A stretch of 64,000 nt of DNA from Alphaproteobacteria bacterium (GCA_017635595.1 JAGBLF010000027.1:24530-88529); one strand, 5' to 3'. Positions 9,770-21,118 are shown, counted from the first letter of the stretch. Program-made: numbers and translations. Notes: generated by a model not told the origin, from the letters alone.

Positions 9770-10534
9770 ATGAACATGGCTAGAAAAAAATTGATTGCCG
9801 GCAACTGGAAAATGAACTGTTTGACGGAAGAAGGTATTGCTTTGGCCAAGGCTGTTGCCGCTAAAGTAAAAGAAAATAAGTTTAATTGCGATTTCTTGAT
9901 TTGTCCGCCGTTTACGTTATTGGCTTCGGTTAAAAAATGTCTGCGCGGTACCAAAATTGCTTTGGGAGCACAGGATGTCCATTTTGCCGAAAAAGGCGCG
10001 CATACAGGAGATATCAGTCCTCTGATGCTGACAGACTTAGGTTGTAATTACACAATTATCGGTCACTCCGAACGCCGTGTTGATCATTTTGAATCAAACG
10101 AATTAATCAACAAAAAAGCCGTTGCCGCGCATGCTGCCGGTTTGAACACGGTTATCTGCATCGGTGAAACAGGTGAAGAGCGCGATGCCGGCAAAACTAT
10201 TAAAGTTTGCCAAGATGAAATCAACGGTTCCGTTCCGGAAGATGCCACTGCTAAAAATACGGTTATTGCTTATGAACCTATTTGGGCTATCGGTACGGGT
10301 AAAACACCGACGGCTGCCGATGTTCAGGAAGTTCATGCCGCTGTTCGTAAAGCTTTGGCCAAAAAGCTGGGGCGTGCAACCGCTAACAAAATGAGAATTT
10401 TGTACGGCGGGTCCGTTAAACCGGGTAACGCTGCCGAATTATTGAACTTACCGGATGTTGACGGTGCTTTAATCGGCGGTGCCAGCTTGAAAGCTGATGA
10501 TTTTATTGCCATTGCTCAAAACTCATGTAAATAA
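9770..10534 (+). CDS. tpiA: Triosephosphate isomerase.
   Basis: LIAGNWKMN, IGHSERR and AYEPIWAIGTG are present. Start chosen at the ATG (MNMARKK) preceded by AAGAGG; the longer ORF from 9731 has no RBS. Confidence 0.92.
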   Translation: MNMARKKLIAGNWKMNCLTEEGIALAKAVAAKVKENKFNCDFLICPPFTLLASVKKCLRGTKIALGAQDVHFAEKGAHTGDISPLMLTDLGCNYTIIGHSERRVDHFESNELINKKAVAAHAAGLNTVICIGETGEERDAGKTIKVCQDEINGSVPEDATAKNTVIAYEPIWAIGTGKTPTAADVQEVHAAVRKALAKKLGRATANKMRILYGGSVKPGNAAELLNLPDVDGALIGGASLKADDFIAIAQNSCK

Positions 10535-10548
10535 GAAAGGATAAAAGA

Positions 10549-10914
10549 ATGGGTTCAGTTTTATTGGTTTTACAGTTAATTGTAGCTATTTTCTTGGTTG
10601 CGGTTATTTTAATGCAACGTTCCAACGGCGGAGCCTTGAGCGGCTTGGGCGGTGACAGCGGCATCGGCGGTTTGATCAGCGCACGCGGCAAAGGTAATAT
10701 TTTAACCAGAATTACGGCCGTATTAGCCACCTTATTTTTTGCGCTGAGTATGGCTATTTCCATTTATTTCAGCCGCGTTGAAGTTAAATCATCGTCTATT
10801 GTAGACGGTGCAGCAAGTGCTCCTGTTGTACCGGCATTGCCTACAACAGAAAACAATGATGCTCCGGCTGAACCTGCAGCACCGGCAGAGCCTGAAGTTC
10901 CGGTAGCGGAATAA
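10549..10914 (+). CDS. secG: Preprotein translocase subunit SecG, with a Pro/Ala/Glu-rich C-terminal extension.
   Basis: Two TM helices plus the glycine-rich loop GGALSGLGGDSGIGG typical of SecG. The tpiA-secG-pyrG order is typical of Alphaproteobacteria. Confidence 0.85.
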   Translation: MGSVLLVLQLIVAIFLVAVILMQRSNGGALSGLGGDSGIGGLISARGKGNILTRITAVLATLFFALSMAISIYFSRVEVKSSSIVDGAASAPVVPALPTTENNDAPAEPAAPAEPEVPVAE

Positions 10915-10937
10915 TCAAATGAATCTTGTTTCGACAT

Positions 10938-10964
10938 AAGGCACTTTTTTGCAAAGTGCCTTTG
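10938..10964 (+). terminator. Stable 9-bp hairpin between secG and pyrG (possible terminator or attenuator).
   Basis: AAGGCACTT-ttttgca-AAGTGCCTT, followed by a short T-rich tract. Confidence 0.45.
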
Positions 10965-10997
10965 TCGCTTAGAAAGTAATAAATCTGGGAAAAAATA

Positions 10998-12650
10998 ATG
11001 TCCGAATATGTTTTAAATCCGAAATCTCGCTTTATATTTATCACCGGCGGCGTGGTATCTTCTTTAGGTAAAGGTTTGGCTTCTGCCTCATTGGCGGCCA
11101 TTTTGCAGGCGCGAGGCTACAAAGTCAGACTGCGTAAACTTGACCCTTACTTAAACGTTGATCCGGGTACAATGAACCCTTGCCAGCACGGTGAAGTGTT
11201 TGTTACCGATGACGGTACCGAAGCCGATTTGGATTTAGGGCACTATGAGCGTTTTTCCGGCGTACCGGCCAAACGCACCGACAGTATCACAACCGGTAAA
11301 ATTTATCAACGCGTTATAGAAAAGGAGCGCCACGGTTACTATCTCGGCTCGACAATTCAAGTTATTCCACACGTCACAAACGAAATCAAAGATTTTATTT
11401 TATCAGACATTACCGATGAAGATTTTGTCTTATGCGAAATCGGCGGTACAGTCGGTGATATCGAGGGGCAGCCGTATTTGGAAACCATTCGTCAGGTTGC
11501 CTATGAGCTCGGCAGAGACAGAACCATGTTCATTCACGTTACCTTATTGCCATATATTCCGACTGCCGGTGAGTTAAAAACAAAACCGACACAGCACTCG
11601 GTTAAAAAATTACAGGAATACGGTATTCAACCGGATATGATTTTGTGCCGCACTCAAATAGCCATTCCGGAAAACGAAAAGCGCAAACTTGCCTTATTCT
11701 GCAACATCCGCGAAGAAAACGTTATTACAGCTATGGATGCCGCCAGCATTTATCAGGTACCTTTAGCCTACTCGGCTGAAGGTATGGATCGCCAAGTATG
11801 CAAACATTTTAATCTGCCTTATGATAAGCCGACCGATTTATCGAAATGGAGCAATATCGTCGACATACTAAAATCACCTGAAGGTGAAGTTCGTATTGCA
11901 GTTGTCGGAAAGTACATGATGCTTCTGGAAGCCTACAAATCATTGCACGAAGCACTTATTCACGGCGGTATTGCCAATCATTACAAAGTTCGCCTTAAGT
12001 GGGTGGATTCCGAAACACTTGAAACCGAAGATGCCGACAGCATATTAAGCGATGTCAGCGCCATACTGGTACCGGGCGGTTTCGGATTACGCGGAACGCA
12101 GGGAATGATTAACGCCATTAAATATGCACGTGAGCATAAAGTACCGTTTTTGGGTATTTGCTTTGGTATGCAAATGGCGGTTATCGAAACCATGCGTAAC
12201 ATCTGCGGTATTAAAAATGCCAATACGACCGAACTCGATGAAAATTGCGAACCGGTTATCGGCCTGATGACGGAATGGGACAAAGACGGGGCCAAACAAA
12301 TTCGCCACAAAGACGGTGACTTGGGCGGCACAATGCGTTTAGGGGCCTATGAGTGTGATTTGAAAGCAGGTTCAAAAGTTGCCGAAATTTATGGCACAAC
12401 TAAAATCTTTGAACGTCACAGACATCGTTATGAGGTTAATATAAAATATAAAGATATGCTCAATAAAGCCGGCATGGTCATTACCGGAATATCTCCGGAC
12501 GGTCAGTTGCCGGAAATTGTCGAACTTCCTGATCATCCGTGGTTTATAGGCGTTCAATTCCATCCGGAATTGAAATCACGTCCGTTTGAACCTCATCCGC
12601 TGTTTGTATCGTTTGTTAAGGCGGCAATAGACAATTCACGTTTGGTATAG
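10998..12650 (+). CDS. pyrG: CTP synthase.
   Basis: The N-terminal synthetase P-loop is [13 protein letters not shown]; the C-terminal glutamine amidotransferase has GICFGMQ. Confidence 0.97.
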   Translation: MSEYVLNPKSRFIFITGGVVSSLGKGLASASLAAILQARGYKVRLRKLDPYLNVDPGTMNPCQHGEVFVTDDGTEADLDLGHYERFSGVPAKRTDSITTGKIYQRVIEKERHGYYLGSTIQVIPHVTNEIKDFILSDITDEDFVLCEIGGTVGDIEGQPYLETIRQVAYELGRDRTMFIHVTLLPYIPTAGELKTKPTQHSVKKLQEYGIQPDMILCRTQIAIPENEKRKLALFCNIREENVITAMDAASIYQVPLAYSAEGMDRQVCKHFNLPYDKPTDLSKWSNIVDILKSPEGEVRIAVVGKYMMLLEAYKSLHEALIHGGIANHYKVRLKWVDSETLETEDADSILSDVSAILVPGGFGLRGTQGMINAIKYAREHKVPFLGICFGMQMAVIETMRNICGIKNANTTELDENCEPVIGLMTEWDKDGAKQIRHKDGDLGGTMRLGAYECDLKAGSKVAEIYGTTKIFERHRHRYEVNIKYKDMLNKAGMVITGISPDGQLPEIVELPDHPWFIGVQFHPELKSRPFEPHPLFVSFVKAAIDNSRLV

Positions 12651-12665
12651 TTAGGAGAACTTAAG

Positions 12666-13964
12666 ATGAAAATCGCTATTATCGGTACTGGTTATGTCGG
12701 GTTACCTTCCGGAGTCGGTTTTGCCGAATTGGGTAACGATGTTTATTGCATTGATAACAACGTATCTAAAATTAATATGTTAAACAAAGGGATTCTGACC
12801 TTATACGAAAATGGTCTGGAGGAATTATTTCGGCATAACGTCAAAGAAGGCCGACTGCATTTTACCACCTCAATGTCTGAAGGTATAAAAGATGCGGATT
12901 TGGTCATTATTGCCGTCGGTACGCCGCCACATCCGATTACCAAAGAAGCCGACTTACAATATATTGAAGCCGCGGCTCAAGAATTGGCACCGCATTTGAC
13001 GGGTTATACCGTTGTCGCAACAAAGTCGACAGTGCCGGTCGGTACCGGTGATAAGGTAGAAGCTATTATTCGCAAATTTAATTCTAAAGCCGATGTCGAT
13101 ATCATATCTTTACCGGAATTCTTACGCGAAGGCTTTGCCATATACGATTTCTTTAATCCGGAACGTATTGTTGTCGGCACAGATTCAGAACGTGCCCGTC
13201 AACTTATCCGAGACCTGTATGTTTCGTTTAAAAACACAAAATTGTTGTTTGTTAATCGTAAGTCGAGCGAAACCATCAAATATGCCTCTAATGCCTTTTT
13301 GGCCATTAAGCTTAACTACATTAATGAAATGGCTAATTTTTGCGAAAAATCGGGGGCGGATATTGACGAAGTTGCCGAAGGTATGGGATTGGACAGTCGT
13401 ATCGGCAACAAATTTTTGAAAGCAGGACCGGGGTACGGCGGCAGTTGCTTTCCAAAAGACACCAATGCCATGTCATACATGGCACGCCAATATGGTGTAA
13501 CCATGCCGCTGATTGATACAACCATTGCCGAAAATGATGCCCGTCCGGCATTGATGGCTCAACGTATTTTAAGCATGGCCGGTAATGATGCCAAAATCGC
13601 TGTATTGGGATTGGCATTTAAAAACGGAACCGATGATTGCCGCACCAGTCCGGCCATTCAGATCATTGAAAAAATGCTTGAGAAAAAAGCCAATATCATT
13701 GCCTATGATCCGCAAGCCAATATTTCGGCCTTAAAAATACTGGGTAATAAAATTGCTTATGCCGATGATGCCTACGGTGCGGTTAAAGATGCGGACATCA
13801 TTGCCGTTTTGACCGAATGGAAAGAATTTGCCGAACTTGATTGGCAAAAAATTTCCGGTATGGTAAAACAAAAAAATATTATGGATTGCCGCAACATTTT
13901 AGACGGTAATACCCTTAAAGAGTTAGGTTTTAAATATCGGTGTATCGGTCAAAAACCGGAATAA
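12666..13964 (+). CDS. ugd: UDP-glucose 6-dehydrogenase.
   Basis: Rossmann motif IAIIGTGYVG and the catalytic GGSCFPKD motif. Confidence 0.9.
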   Translation: MKIAIIGTGYVGLPSGVGFAELGNDVYCIDNNVSKINMLNKGILTLYENGLEELFRHNVKEGRLHFTTSMSEGIKDADLVIIAVGTPPHPITKEADLQYIEAAAQELAPHLTGYTVVATKSTVPVGTGDKVEAIIRKFNSKADVDIISLPEFLREGFAIYDFFNPERIVVGTDSERARQLIRDLYVSFKNTKLLFVNRKSSETIKYASNAFLAIKLNYINEMANFCEKSGADIDEVAEGMGLDSRIGNKFLKAGPGYGGSCFPKDTNAMSYMARQYGVTMPLIDTTIAENDARPALMAQRILSMAGNDAKIAVLGLAFKNGTDDCRTSPAIQIIEKMLEKKANIIAYDPQANISALKILGNKIAYADDAYGAVKDADIIAVLTEWKEFAELDWQKISGMVKQKNIMDCRNILDGNTLKELGFKYRCIGQKPE

Positions 13965-14012
13965 GCCGAATATAAAAATAATTTCTCTTTGCGCATTTTT
14001 TGTAAAAAATAT

Positions 14013-14032
14013 CCCCGACCGAACGGCCGGGG
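14013..14032. terminator. Bidirectional terminator hairpin between the converging ugd and ftsZ genes.
   Basis: CCCCGACC-gaac-GGCCGGGG, 7 of 8 bp paired. A-run on the + side; T-run on the minus-strand side. Confidence 0.6.
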
Positions 14033-14052
14033 ATTTCGCTGCTTACTGCGAC

Positions 14053-15720
14053 TTACTTTCTTCTTAAGAATGCCGGAATATCCAAGTCTTCACCGGATGC
14101 ATCGGAATCATCCGTTCCGGTTTTATCAAAAGAAGGAAAATCCACATCGTTATGAGGTTCTTCTTGCGTTTTTTTGCGCGTACGAATTCCCATAACGCGT
14201 TCTATAAAGGTCGGTCGGCTTTCCGTTTCTTCCTCCGCTGCTTCTGCAACAGTCGGTTCTGGTTCTACCGGGCGGGTGTCCTTAAAAAGTGATGTATCAT
14301 TGTTTTTAAACAGAATCGGTTCTTCTTCATTTACCACGTTTTCTATTGAAGTATTACTGGAAAAGAAATCATCCTGAGCCAATGCGGAATTATTAAACTC
14401 AAAATCTGCTTTAGCAATTTCTTCAGATTTATTATCATTTTTCGTCAGCGCGGTAAATAAAGCCGAGGCTTGTGGCACTTCCGGAAGCTCTTCAGACATA
14501 TCAAGCGAGGCGAAGTCATCTTCCAAAGCGTTGCTTTCTTCCGATACAAAGTTTTCGGTATTCTCTTCATCTCCGGTTTCGCTGTCGAACATATCTTCCA
14601 AAGAAACATCTTCATCTGTCGGTTCCAAAGAAACAGGTTCAGCCTCAAATTCATCAACATTTACCGTCGGTACGAAAGATGTGTCATCATAACTTTGGTC
14701 AATCAAAGAAGGTTCCGGTGCCTTTTGAGTTTCTGTTTTGCGCGGCATACCGTCACTGATACCGGTAACGACGATAGAAACACGAATTTTACCGGCCAAG
14801 TTATCATCATAGCTTGAACCGAAAATGATATTGGCATCATCGCCGACTTCCTCTTTAATGGTGTTGGCAGCTTCATCCAACTCCGGCAAAGTAATATCCT
14901 GACCGCCGGTAATATTAATCAAAACGCCTTTAGCACCTTTCATAATACAGTCATCCAATAACGGATTCGATAAAGCTTGACGAGCCGCTTCTTTAGCGCG
15001 ACCTTTGCCTTCGGCCTCACCGGTTCCCATAATAGCTTTTCCTTTATCTTCCATAATATTTTTAACATCGGCAAAGTCGAGGTTAATCAAGCCCGGCATC
15101 ATCATTAAATCAGTTATGGAACGAACACCCGAATACAGAACATTATCTGCCATTTTAAAGGCCGTAGACAATGTTGTGTTTTCATCAGCGATACGGAACA
15201 GATTTTGATTAGGAATGATAATGATACTGTCAACTTCTTTAGTAAAGGTACTCAACGCATTGTCTGCAATTTCCATACGTTTTTTACCTTCAAAACTGAA
15301 AGGTTTGGTCACAACGCCGACGGTTAAAATGCCTTTTTCCTTAGCTATATGTGCGACAACAGGCGCAGCACCCGAGCCGGTTCCGCCGCCCATACCCGCG
15401 GTAATAAATACCATATTAACGCCGTCAAGCGATTCGGCGATTTTATCTTTGGCTTCTTCGGCAGCCATTTTACCTATTTCCGGCCGCGCACCTGCGCCCA
15501 AGCCCTGAGTAATTTCAAGACCGAGTTGGATTTTTTTACCGGCAGTTGAATGAGCTAAAGCCTGAGCATCCGTGTTGGCAACAATAAAGTCCACGCCTTC
15601 CAAATTTTGTGAAATCATATTATTAACGGCATTACCGCCGCCACCGCCGACACCGATTACGGCAATGCGAGGTTTCAAATATGATACGGCTGTATCTGCG
15701 ACACCTAAATTTATTGACAT
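14053..15720 (-). CDS. ftsZ: Cell division GTPase FtsZ with a long acidic C-terminal linker.
   Basis: [13 protein letters not shown], the tubulin signature GGGTGSG and the C-terminal conserved peptide DIPAFLRRK. Residues ~320-540 form a D/E/S-rich linker. Confidence 0.97.
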   Translation of the reverse strand: MSINLGVADTAVSYLKPRIAVIGVGGGGGNAVNNMISQNLEGVDFIVANTDAQALAHSTAGKKIQLGLEITQGLGAGARPEIGKMAAEEAKDKIAESLDGVNMVFITAGMGGGTGSGAAPVVAHIAKEKGILTVGVVTKPFSFEGKKRMEIADNALSTFTKEVDSIIIIPNQNLFRIADENTTLSTAFKMADNVLYSGVRSITDLMMMPGLINLDFADVKNIMEDKGKAIMGTGEAEGKGRAKEAARQALSNPLLDDCIMKGAKGVLINITGGQDITLPELDEAANTIKEEVGDDANIIFGSSYDDNLAGKIRVSIVVTGISDGMPRKTETQKAPEPSLIDQSYDDTSFVPTVNVDEFEAEPVSLEPTDEDVSLEDMFDSETGDEENTENFVSEESNALEDDFASLDMSEELPEVPQASALFTALTKNDNKSEEIAKADFEFNNSALAQDDFFSSNTSIENVVNEEEPILFKNNDTSLFKDTRPVEPEPTVAEAAEEETESRPTFIERVMGIRTRKKTQEEPHNDVDFPSFDKTGTDDSDASGEDLDIPAFLRRK

Positions 15721-15799
15721 GTATTCATTCTCCTGCTGATAAAGTTTCCAAATATTATATGCAGTTTAAATGAAATAAATTAAGTTTTAGTTACCAAGT

Positions 15800-17041
15800 T
15801 TAAGAATTCTGACGTATCCAGTTAAATATTTTGGCTATTTTACTGCCGTCATTATTTGCATTGCTGATAATTTTAGTCGGTTTACGCTCAGTGTTGTTGG
15901 TGGCAAACAAAAGCATGCCGAGTGCGGTAGAAAAAATCGGGTTATTATGCAGTTTTTCGGGAATTCCGGCAATATTACGCGGGCCGCCCAAACGCACCTG
16001 CTTATCCAAAATCAAATTAGCAACATCGCTGATTCCCGGCAATTGGCTGCAACCGCCGGTTAAAACAACTCGGTGATTTTGTTTGTTTTTCAAGCCGTGA
16101 GCATCTAATTTACGTGATACCAACTCAAAAATTTCTTCAACACGCGGTGAAATAATTTGTATCAAATCCGATCGGTGCATTTGGCGAATCGAACTGTCAT
16201 CTTCCTCGCCCAACGGATAAACATTGATTGTTTCATATCGGTCATGCGAAACACCGAATGCACAACCGCAGCGAATCTTCAAATCTTCAGCATGTTCAAA
16301 CGAGGTTGTCAAACCTTGTGTAATATCACGGGTAATATTGATACCGCCGACAGGTATGGTCGAAAAGGCAATCGGGTAACCGCTTTTGAACGTGGCAATG
16401 CTGGTCGTACCGCCACCGATATCGATAATTGTTGCACCGTATTCGCGTTCGTCTTCAACTAAGCAGGCCATACCCGAAGCATAAGCCGTCAAAACACGAT
16501 TTTCGATACCTAAGTGTGCTGCCTCGACAACCGAGGATAAATTACGATACTGAATATGCGGATACATACCGAGCAAAATATTAACCGTCAGCTCTTCACC
16601 GTACAAATTCATCGGATCTTTAACTTCTTCACCGCCGTCAATACGATAATTGGTAAAAAGACAGTGTATTAACTCGTTATTTTCAACATTAACTTTGCCG
16701 ACACCCTTGGATTGCAATTTATTCAAATCGACATCACTGATTGCCCGATTTTTTCTTAATGCGATTGAGGCACTGCGTAATGTACTGGATGTTTTATCGC
16801 CGGATACGTTTAAGATAACACTGTCAATGCGCTCGTTTGCTTTCTGTTCGGCATCTTCAACCGCATTACAAACCGAAATCGTTGCCTGATTGATATCGGT
16901 AATCACGCCGTTTTTAATACCGTTTGAGGCATTATACCCATATCCGACAATTTTGATTTTTTTGTCTTTATTAACATGGGCAATAATGCAACAAACCTTG
17001 GACGAGCCTATATCCAGAGCAGCAATCGTAGAGCGGTTCAA
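15800..17041 (-). CDS. ftsA: Cell division protein FtsA.
   Basis: Actin-like ATPase blocks ALDIGSSKV and IIDIGGGTT; it sits between ftsQ and ftsZ. Confidence 0.92.
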   Translation of the reverse strand: MNRSTIAALDIGSSKVCCIIAHVNKDKKIKIVGYGYNASNGIKNGVITDINQATISVCNAVEDAEQKANERIDSVILNVSGDKTSSTLRSASIALRKNRAISDVDLNKLQSKGVGKVNVENNELIHCLFTNYRIDGGEEVKDPMNLYGEELTVNILLGMYPHIQYRNLSSVVEAAHLGIENRVLTAYASGMACLVEDEREYGATIIDIGGGTTSIATFKSGYPIAFSTIPVGGINITRDITQGLTTSFEHAEDLKIRCGCAFGVSHDRYETINVYPLGEEDDSSIRQMHRSDLIQIISPRVEEIFELVSRKLDAHGLKNKQNHRVVLTGGCSQLPGISDVANLILDKQVRLGGPRNIAGIPEKLHNNPIFSTALGMLLFATNNTERKPTKIISNANNDGSKIAKIFNWIRQNS

Positions 17042-17075
17042 TTTGACTTCCTTAATTAATGTAAATTAGCGCTAT

Positions 17076-17879
17076 TTATTCTGTGTCATCGTCTTCGTTA
17101 TTTATACGGACAATAACTTTATTTTTTAACCTTAAATCAATAAAAGTTAATTTTCGTTTAAGAATTCCGCGAGTTTTATCCAACTTAACTAATTTTTTCC
17201 AAGCTTCTTCAAAATTTTCTTCAGGCATTTTGACGGTCACACCGTTTTCGACATCATCAAAAATCAGATTCCAGCGACGATTTGAAATAAAATTTGCCGC
17301 TTTCAAGCGCGATGCCAATTCTTTATCCTTTTCAATAACTTTCAGCAAGTCGTTAAAATGTTCGGGTGCACCGGCGCCGATAATCTGCAACAGATTTCTC
17401 TCCGGCACATATTCACTTTCGATGATTTTACCATCTTCATCAATCGGATAAAATTCATTTTGGTATTGCCAGATGGATTTAACCGTTTTCTCTTTTATGC
17501 TTATTTGAATGACATTTGGAAAATAACGGCGTGAAACAACGGCTTCCTTTACCCACGGCAGCATTTTGACTTTATCGCAAACGTCTTTTAAATCTATCTC
17601 CAAAATATTATCACCGCGTTTTAATTCAATTGCCTGTAAAACAGCTTCCTTTGATGTTTTTTCACGTCCTTCCAAAGTAATATCGTCCAGTCCCCAACCG
17701 ACAATTGCGGTTTTTTGATAAATTTCATCTAGCAATGAATCTATTTGTTTTCCGACAAGATTGTGCCGTATGGTAATCACGCCGAGAGTTACGGACCAGA
17801 CAGCGCCTAACAACAACATATTACCTATCAGGCGATACGGCCATATCACACTTTCATATATTCTGTTTTCGCCGACCAA
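17076..17879 (-). CDS. ftsQ: Cell division protein FtsQ.
   Basis: N-terminal TM helix, then POTRA and FtsQ domains, in the conserved position upstream of ftsA. Confidence 0.8.
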   Translation of the reverse strand: MVGENRIYESVIWPYRLIGNMLLLGAVWSVTLGVITIRHNLVGKQIDSLLDEIYQKTAIVGWGLDDITLEGREKTSKEAVLQAIELKRGDNILEIDLKDVCDKVKMLPWVKEAVVSRRYFPNVIQISIKEKTVKSIWQYQNEFYPIDEDGKIIESEYVPERNLLQIIGAGAPEHFNDLLKVIEKDKELASRLKAANFISNRRWNLIFDDVENGVTVKMPEENFEEAWKKLVKLDKTRGILKRKLTFIDLRLKNKVIVRINNEDDDTE

Positions 17880-17883
17880 AATT

Positions 17884-18792
17884 CTACTCCCGTCCGATAA
17901 TTTTGATTTCCCATTTTAAATCGACACCTGTTTTTTCTTTAACAGCCGCTATAATATTATGCCCTAATTTTTCAACATCCGCAGCCGTTGCCGTATCCGA
18001 GACCTGCAAAAAATTGCAGTGCATATCCGACATTTTGGCTCCGCCGACAACCATATCGGCACCACCGGAATTTTTAATCAATTCCCATGCTCGATAACCT
18101 TCGGGATTTTTAAAAGTCGATCCGGCTGTCCTAATTCCTTGCGGTTGATACTTTTGTCTGTATTCATCATTTGCCTGAATTTGTTCACGAACAACCTTCG
18201 GATCTTTTTTTTCAAACTTCAGACAAACTTCCAATACAATCCAATCGGCCGGAAAATCGCTGTGGCGATATCCGAAATTAAAATCTTTGAGGTCTGCTTC
18301 AAAAATATCGCCCTTTCCGTTGATAACGGTTGCTTTCTTAAAAACGGTTGACAAGTCCGAACCGAAACAGCCGGCATTACTGCGAAGCATACCGCCGAGA
18401 CTGCCCGGAATGGAGCATAAAAATTCCAACCCGCCCAAACTGTTTTCAATAACCGTCTTTTTTAAGGCAGAATTAAGTAAGCCCGCACCGCAGTATATTG
18501 TATCGTTCTCAATTCGAACATTCTTAAAATTATCGTTTTGTAATTTGATAACCATACCGCCGATACCGCCGTCACGCACCAAAAGGTTTGAACCTGCGCC
18601 CAAAGTAAATACGGACAAACCGGCAGGTTTATTTTGCAAAAAAGATTGTAAATCTTCTTTATCTTCAGGAAAATACATAACATCTGCCGGACCGCCGACC
18701 TTTAGCCACACATATTTGCTCAAAGGCTCGGCAAACTTGTATTCACCCCTGACTTTCGGCAATTTTGCCAACAATTCGTTTTTTTCAATCAT
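17884..18792 (-). CDS. murB: UDP-N-acetylenolpyruvoylglucosamine reductase.
   Basis: FAD-binding domain (GGPADV, GAGSNLL) and the MurB C-terminal domain. Confidence 0.9.
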   Translation of the reverse strand: MIEKNELLAKLPKVRGEYKFAEPLSKYVWLKVGGPADVMYFPEDKEDLQSFLQNKPAGLSVFTLGAGSNLLVRDGGIGGMVIKLQNDNFKNVRIENDTIYCGAGLLNSALKKTVIENSLGGLEFLCSIPGSLGGMLRSNAGCFGSDLSTVFKKATVINGKGDIFEADLKDFNFGYRHSDFPADWIVLEVCLKFEKKDPKVVREQIQANDEYRQKYQPQGIRTAGSTFKNPEGYRAWELIKNSGGADMVVGGAKMSDMHCNFLQVSDTATAADVEKLGHNIIAAVKEKTGVDLKWEIKIIGRE

Positions 18793-19922
18793 TCTGCCAT
18801 ATCCTTGTCTTCCGATGCCGTATTCTGGCGCGTAACCGCCAACAACATTCCTATTTCGATAGCACTGGCCAACAATGAAGACCCGCCGTATGAAATAAAC
18901 GGCAAAGTCATACCCTTTGTCGGAATAACGTGCAGTGAAGATGCCATATTAACAAAGGCTTGTAACCCGAGCGAAGCCGCTAAACCGACTTCGGCATACA
19001 TCACAAATAAATTTGTCTCTTTTAATGATATCCGCAGCGTGCGGAAAATAATAACGGCAAACAGCGCTATGATAATCAGGCACATCCACAAACCGTATTC
19101 TTCACCGGCCACCGCAAAAATAAAATCGGTATGAGCATCCGGAATCAGCAATTTAACCGTACCTTCACCCGGTCCTTGTCCGACAAGATTGCCGTGCTGA
19201 AAAGCCTCCATGGCTCGGTTAATTTGATAGCTGGTTTCGTTGCTGCCGTATAAAAATTGATCAACGCGCGCATGAAAGTGCGGAAACGTAAAATACAGCA
19301 CAAACAGTGATGCTATACCTGCTCCGCCGAGTACGAAAACCAACAATAACGGCAAACCCGCCAAAAAGAGCTGTAAACCGAATATTGCCGTAATCAACAG
19401 TGTCATTCCCACATCCGGTTGCAGCAGTAATAAACCGGCAACAAGCCCGTACAAAGCCAGAGACACCCACGAACCCGGAAAGTAATCATATTTTTTACCG
19501 ATATCCAACAGCCATGCCGTCACAATAATAAAAATCGGCTTAATAAATTCTGAAGCCTGTACCGAAATGCCGCCCAAGCTTATCCAGCGTTTGGCACCCT
19601 TCACCTCGTAACCGAAAAAAAGCGTTAAAATCAGCAGCCCCATCAACACAACAAAACCGGCAATTGAAATTCGCCGTATTGTTTTAAGCCGAAACAGCGA
19701 TAAAATCAAAATCGTCACCAAAGAAATACCGACGTATACCAATTGTTTGCGGACAAACAAATAGTCATCACCGCCTATACGACGGGCAACGGCCGGACTG
19801 GCCGTAATATCCAATATCACGCCGAGAGCAATTAAAATCAGCGATGCAATTAAAATAATTTTATCTACTGTCCATAACCACTTAGCTAAAGCACTGTGAC
19901 TCTGACGTGAAAAATTTACCAT
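18789..19922 (-). CDS. ftsW: Lipid II flippase/peptidoglycan polymerase FtsW (SEDS family).
   Basis: Ten TM helices and the SEDS motifs QPSEF-like (QASEFIKP) and PDAHTDFIFA. It overlaps murB by 4 nt. Confidence 0.9.
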   Translation of the reverse strand: MVNFSRQSHSALAKWLWTVDKIILIASLILIALGVILDITASPAVARRIGGDDYLFVRKQLVYVGISLVTILILSLFRLKTIRRISIAGFVVLMGLLILTLFFGYEVKGAKRWISLGGISVQASEFIKPIFIIVTAWLLDIGKKYDYFPGSWVSLALYGLVAGLLLLQPDVGMTLLITAIFGLQLFLAGLPLLLVFVLGGAGIASLFVLYFTFPHFHARVDQFLYGSNETSYQINRAMEAFQHGNLVGQGPGEGTVKLLIPDAHTDFIFAVAGEEYGLWMCLIIIALFAVIIFRTLRISLKETNLFVMYAEVGLAASLGLQAFVNMASSLHVIPTKGMTLPFISYGGSSLLASAIEIGMLLAVTRQNTASEDKDMAE

Positions 19923-19934
19923 TTACGTCTCCGC

Positions 19935-20981
19935 TCAAATAAATATTAACGAACCGATTGCCGCCAATGCCAGTGCAGCCGTCCAAAAACTGAATACAAC
20001 TTTTTTTTCCGACCACCCGAGTTGTTCAAAGTGGTGGTGAATCGGTGCCATTTTGAAAAAGCGTTTACCGGTGGTCTTAAAATATAAAACTTGTATAATA
20101 ACCGAAATTGTCTCAATCACAAAAACACCGCCGACAAAAGCGAGCATAATTTCATGCTTAGTCATAATGGCGACAGCACCCAGTATAGCACCCAACGGCA
20201 ATGAACCCGTATCTCCCATAAACACTTTTGCTTTTGGTTTATTAAAGTATAAAAAGCCAAAGCACGAACCGAGCAGTGATGCGCATACGACCGTCATTTC
20301 GCCACAACGCGGAATAAACAGCATGTGATGATCAACTGCCGTATGTAATCCGCAATAGTAAGCGACTGCGGCAAAAAACGTGAATGATATAATCAACAAA
20401 CCGGTAGCTAAACCGTCTAAGCCGTCACTTAAATTAACGCCGTTGGAAGCACCGGACATAACAACCACGGCAAACGGTACATATAACCATGACAAATTTA
20501 AGAAAAACTGATGAAAATACGGGACGGTCAGTACCGTATTAATACCCCGCGGCGTTGCCGCCGTAATAATACTGGCCGCAATTAGTGCCGTCAAAAATTG
20601 CATAAATAACTTTGTTTGCGCTGTCATGGCATTTGAATTTTGACGCTTAATTTTCCAATAATCATCGACAAAGCCTGTTAATCCGTACATAATCAAGATA
20701 AAGATACTTACCCAAACAAAGTGATATCTGATATTGGCATACAAAATAATCGAAACCAGAGAAGTGCCTAAAATAAGCAATCCGCCCATTGTCGGCGTAC
20801 CTTTTTTGGTTTTAAGATGGCTTTTCGGGCCGTCTTCGCGAATCGGCTGACCTTTCTTTTGGTGATGGTGCAAATAATTAATCAGCGGATTTCCGCAAAT
20901 CAAGCTCAAAATTAATGCGGTAGCAAAAGCCAAACCGGCCCGTGTGAGAACAGTCAATCCCCAATCGAAAAACGTTAACAT
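19935..20981 (-). CDS. mraY: Phospho-N-acetylmuramoyl-pentapeptide transferase.
   Basis: KKGTPTMGG, the DD(x)xD loop (VDDYWKI), NGVNLSDGLDG and HHHFE. Confidence 0.95.
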   Translation of the reverse strand: MLTFFDWGLTVLTRAGLAFATALILSLICGNPLINYLHHHQKKGQPIREDGPKSHLKTKKGTPTMGGLLILGTSLVSIILYANIRYHFVWVSIFILIMYGLTGFVDDYWKIKRQNSNAMTAQTKLFMQFLTALIAASIITAATPRGINTVLTVPYFHQFFLNLSWLYVPFAVVVMSGASNGVNLSDGLDGLATGLLIISFTFFAAVAYYCGLHTAVDHHMLFIPRCGEMTVVCASLLGSCFGFLYFNKPKAKVFMGDTGSLPLGAILGAVAIMTKHEIMLAFVGGVFVIETISVIIQVLYFKTTGKRFFKMAPIHHHFEQLGWSEKKVVFSFWTAALALAAIGSLIFI

Positions 20982-21118
20982 TTCTGATATCTCCTTATAT
21001 TTGCAGGCAGTTTAATACAAATATCTAAAATAAGTCTTAAAAAAATATAATTTGTGTTTAAATTTACTGGAATTTTACTATTATCTTGGTATGCTAGGTT
21101 CAGAAAAGGAAATAAAAC

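Noticed and set aside
15721-15799. CtrA boxes (TTAA-N7-TTAAC) upstream of ftsZ and of the PTS/ccrM cluster.
   Set aside because: Only half-sites (for example TTAA-N7-TAAC) were found by eye. AT-rich background makes these unconvincing without a genome-wide scan.
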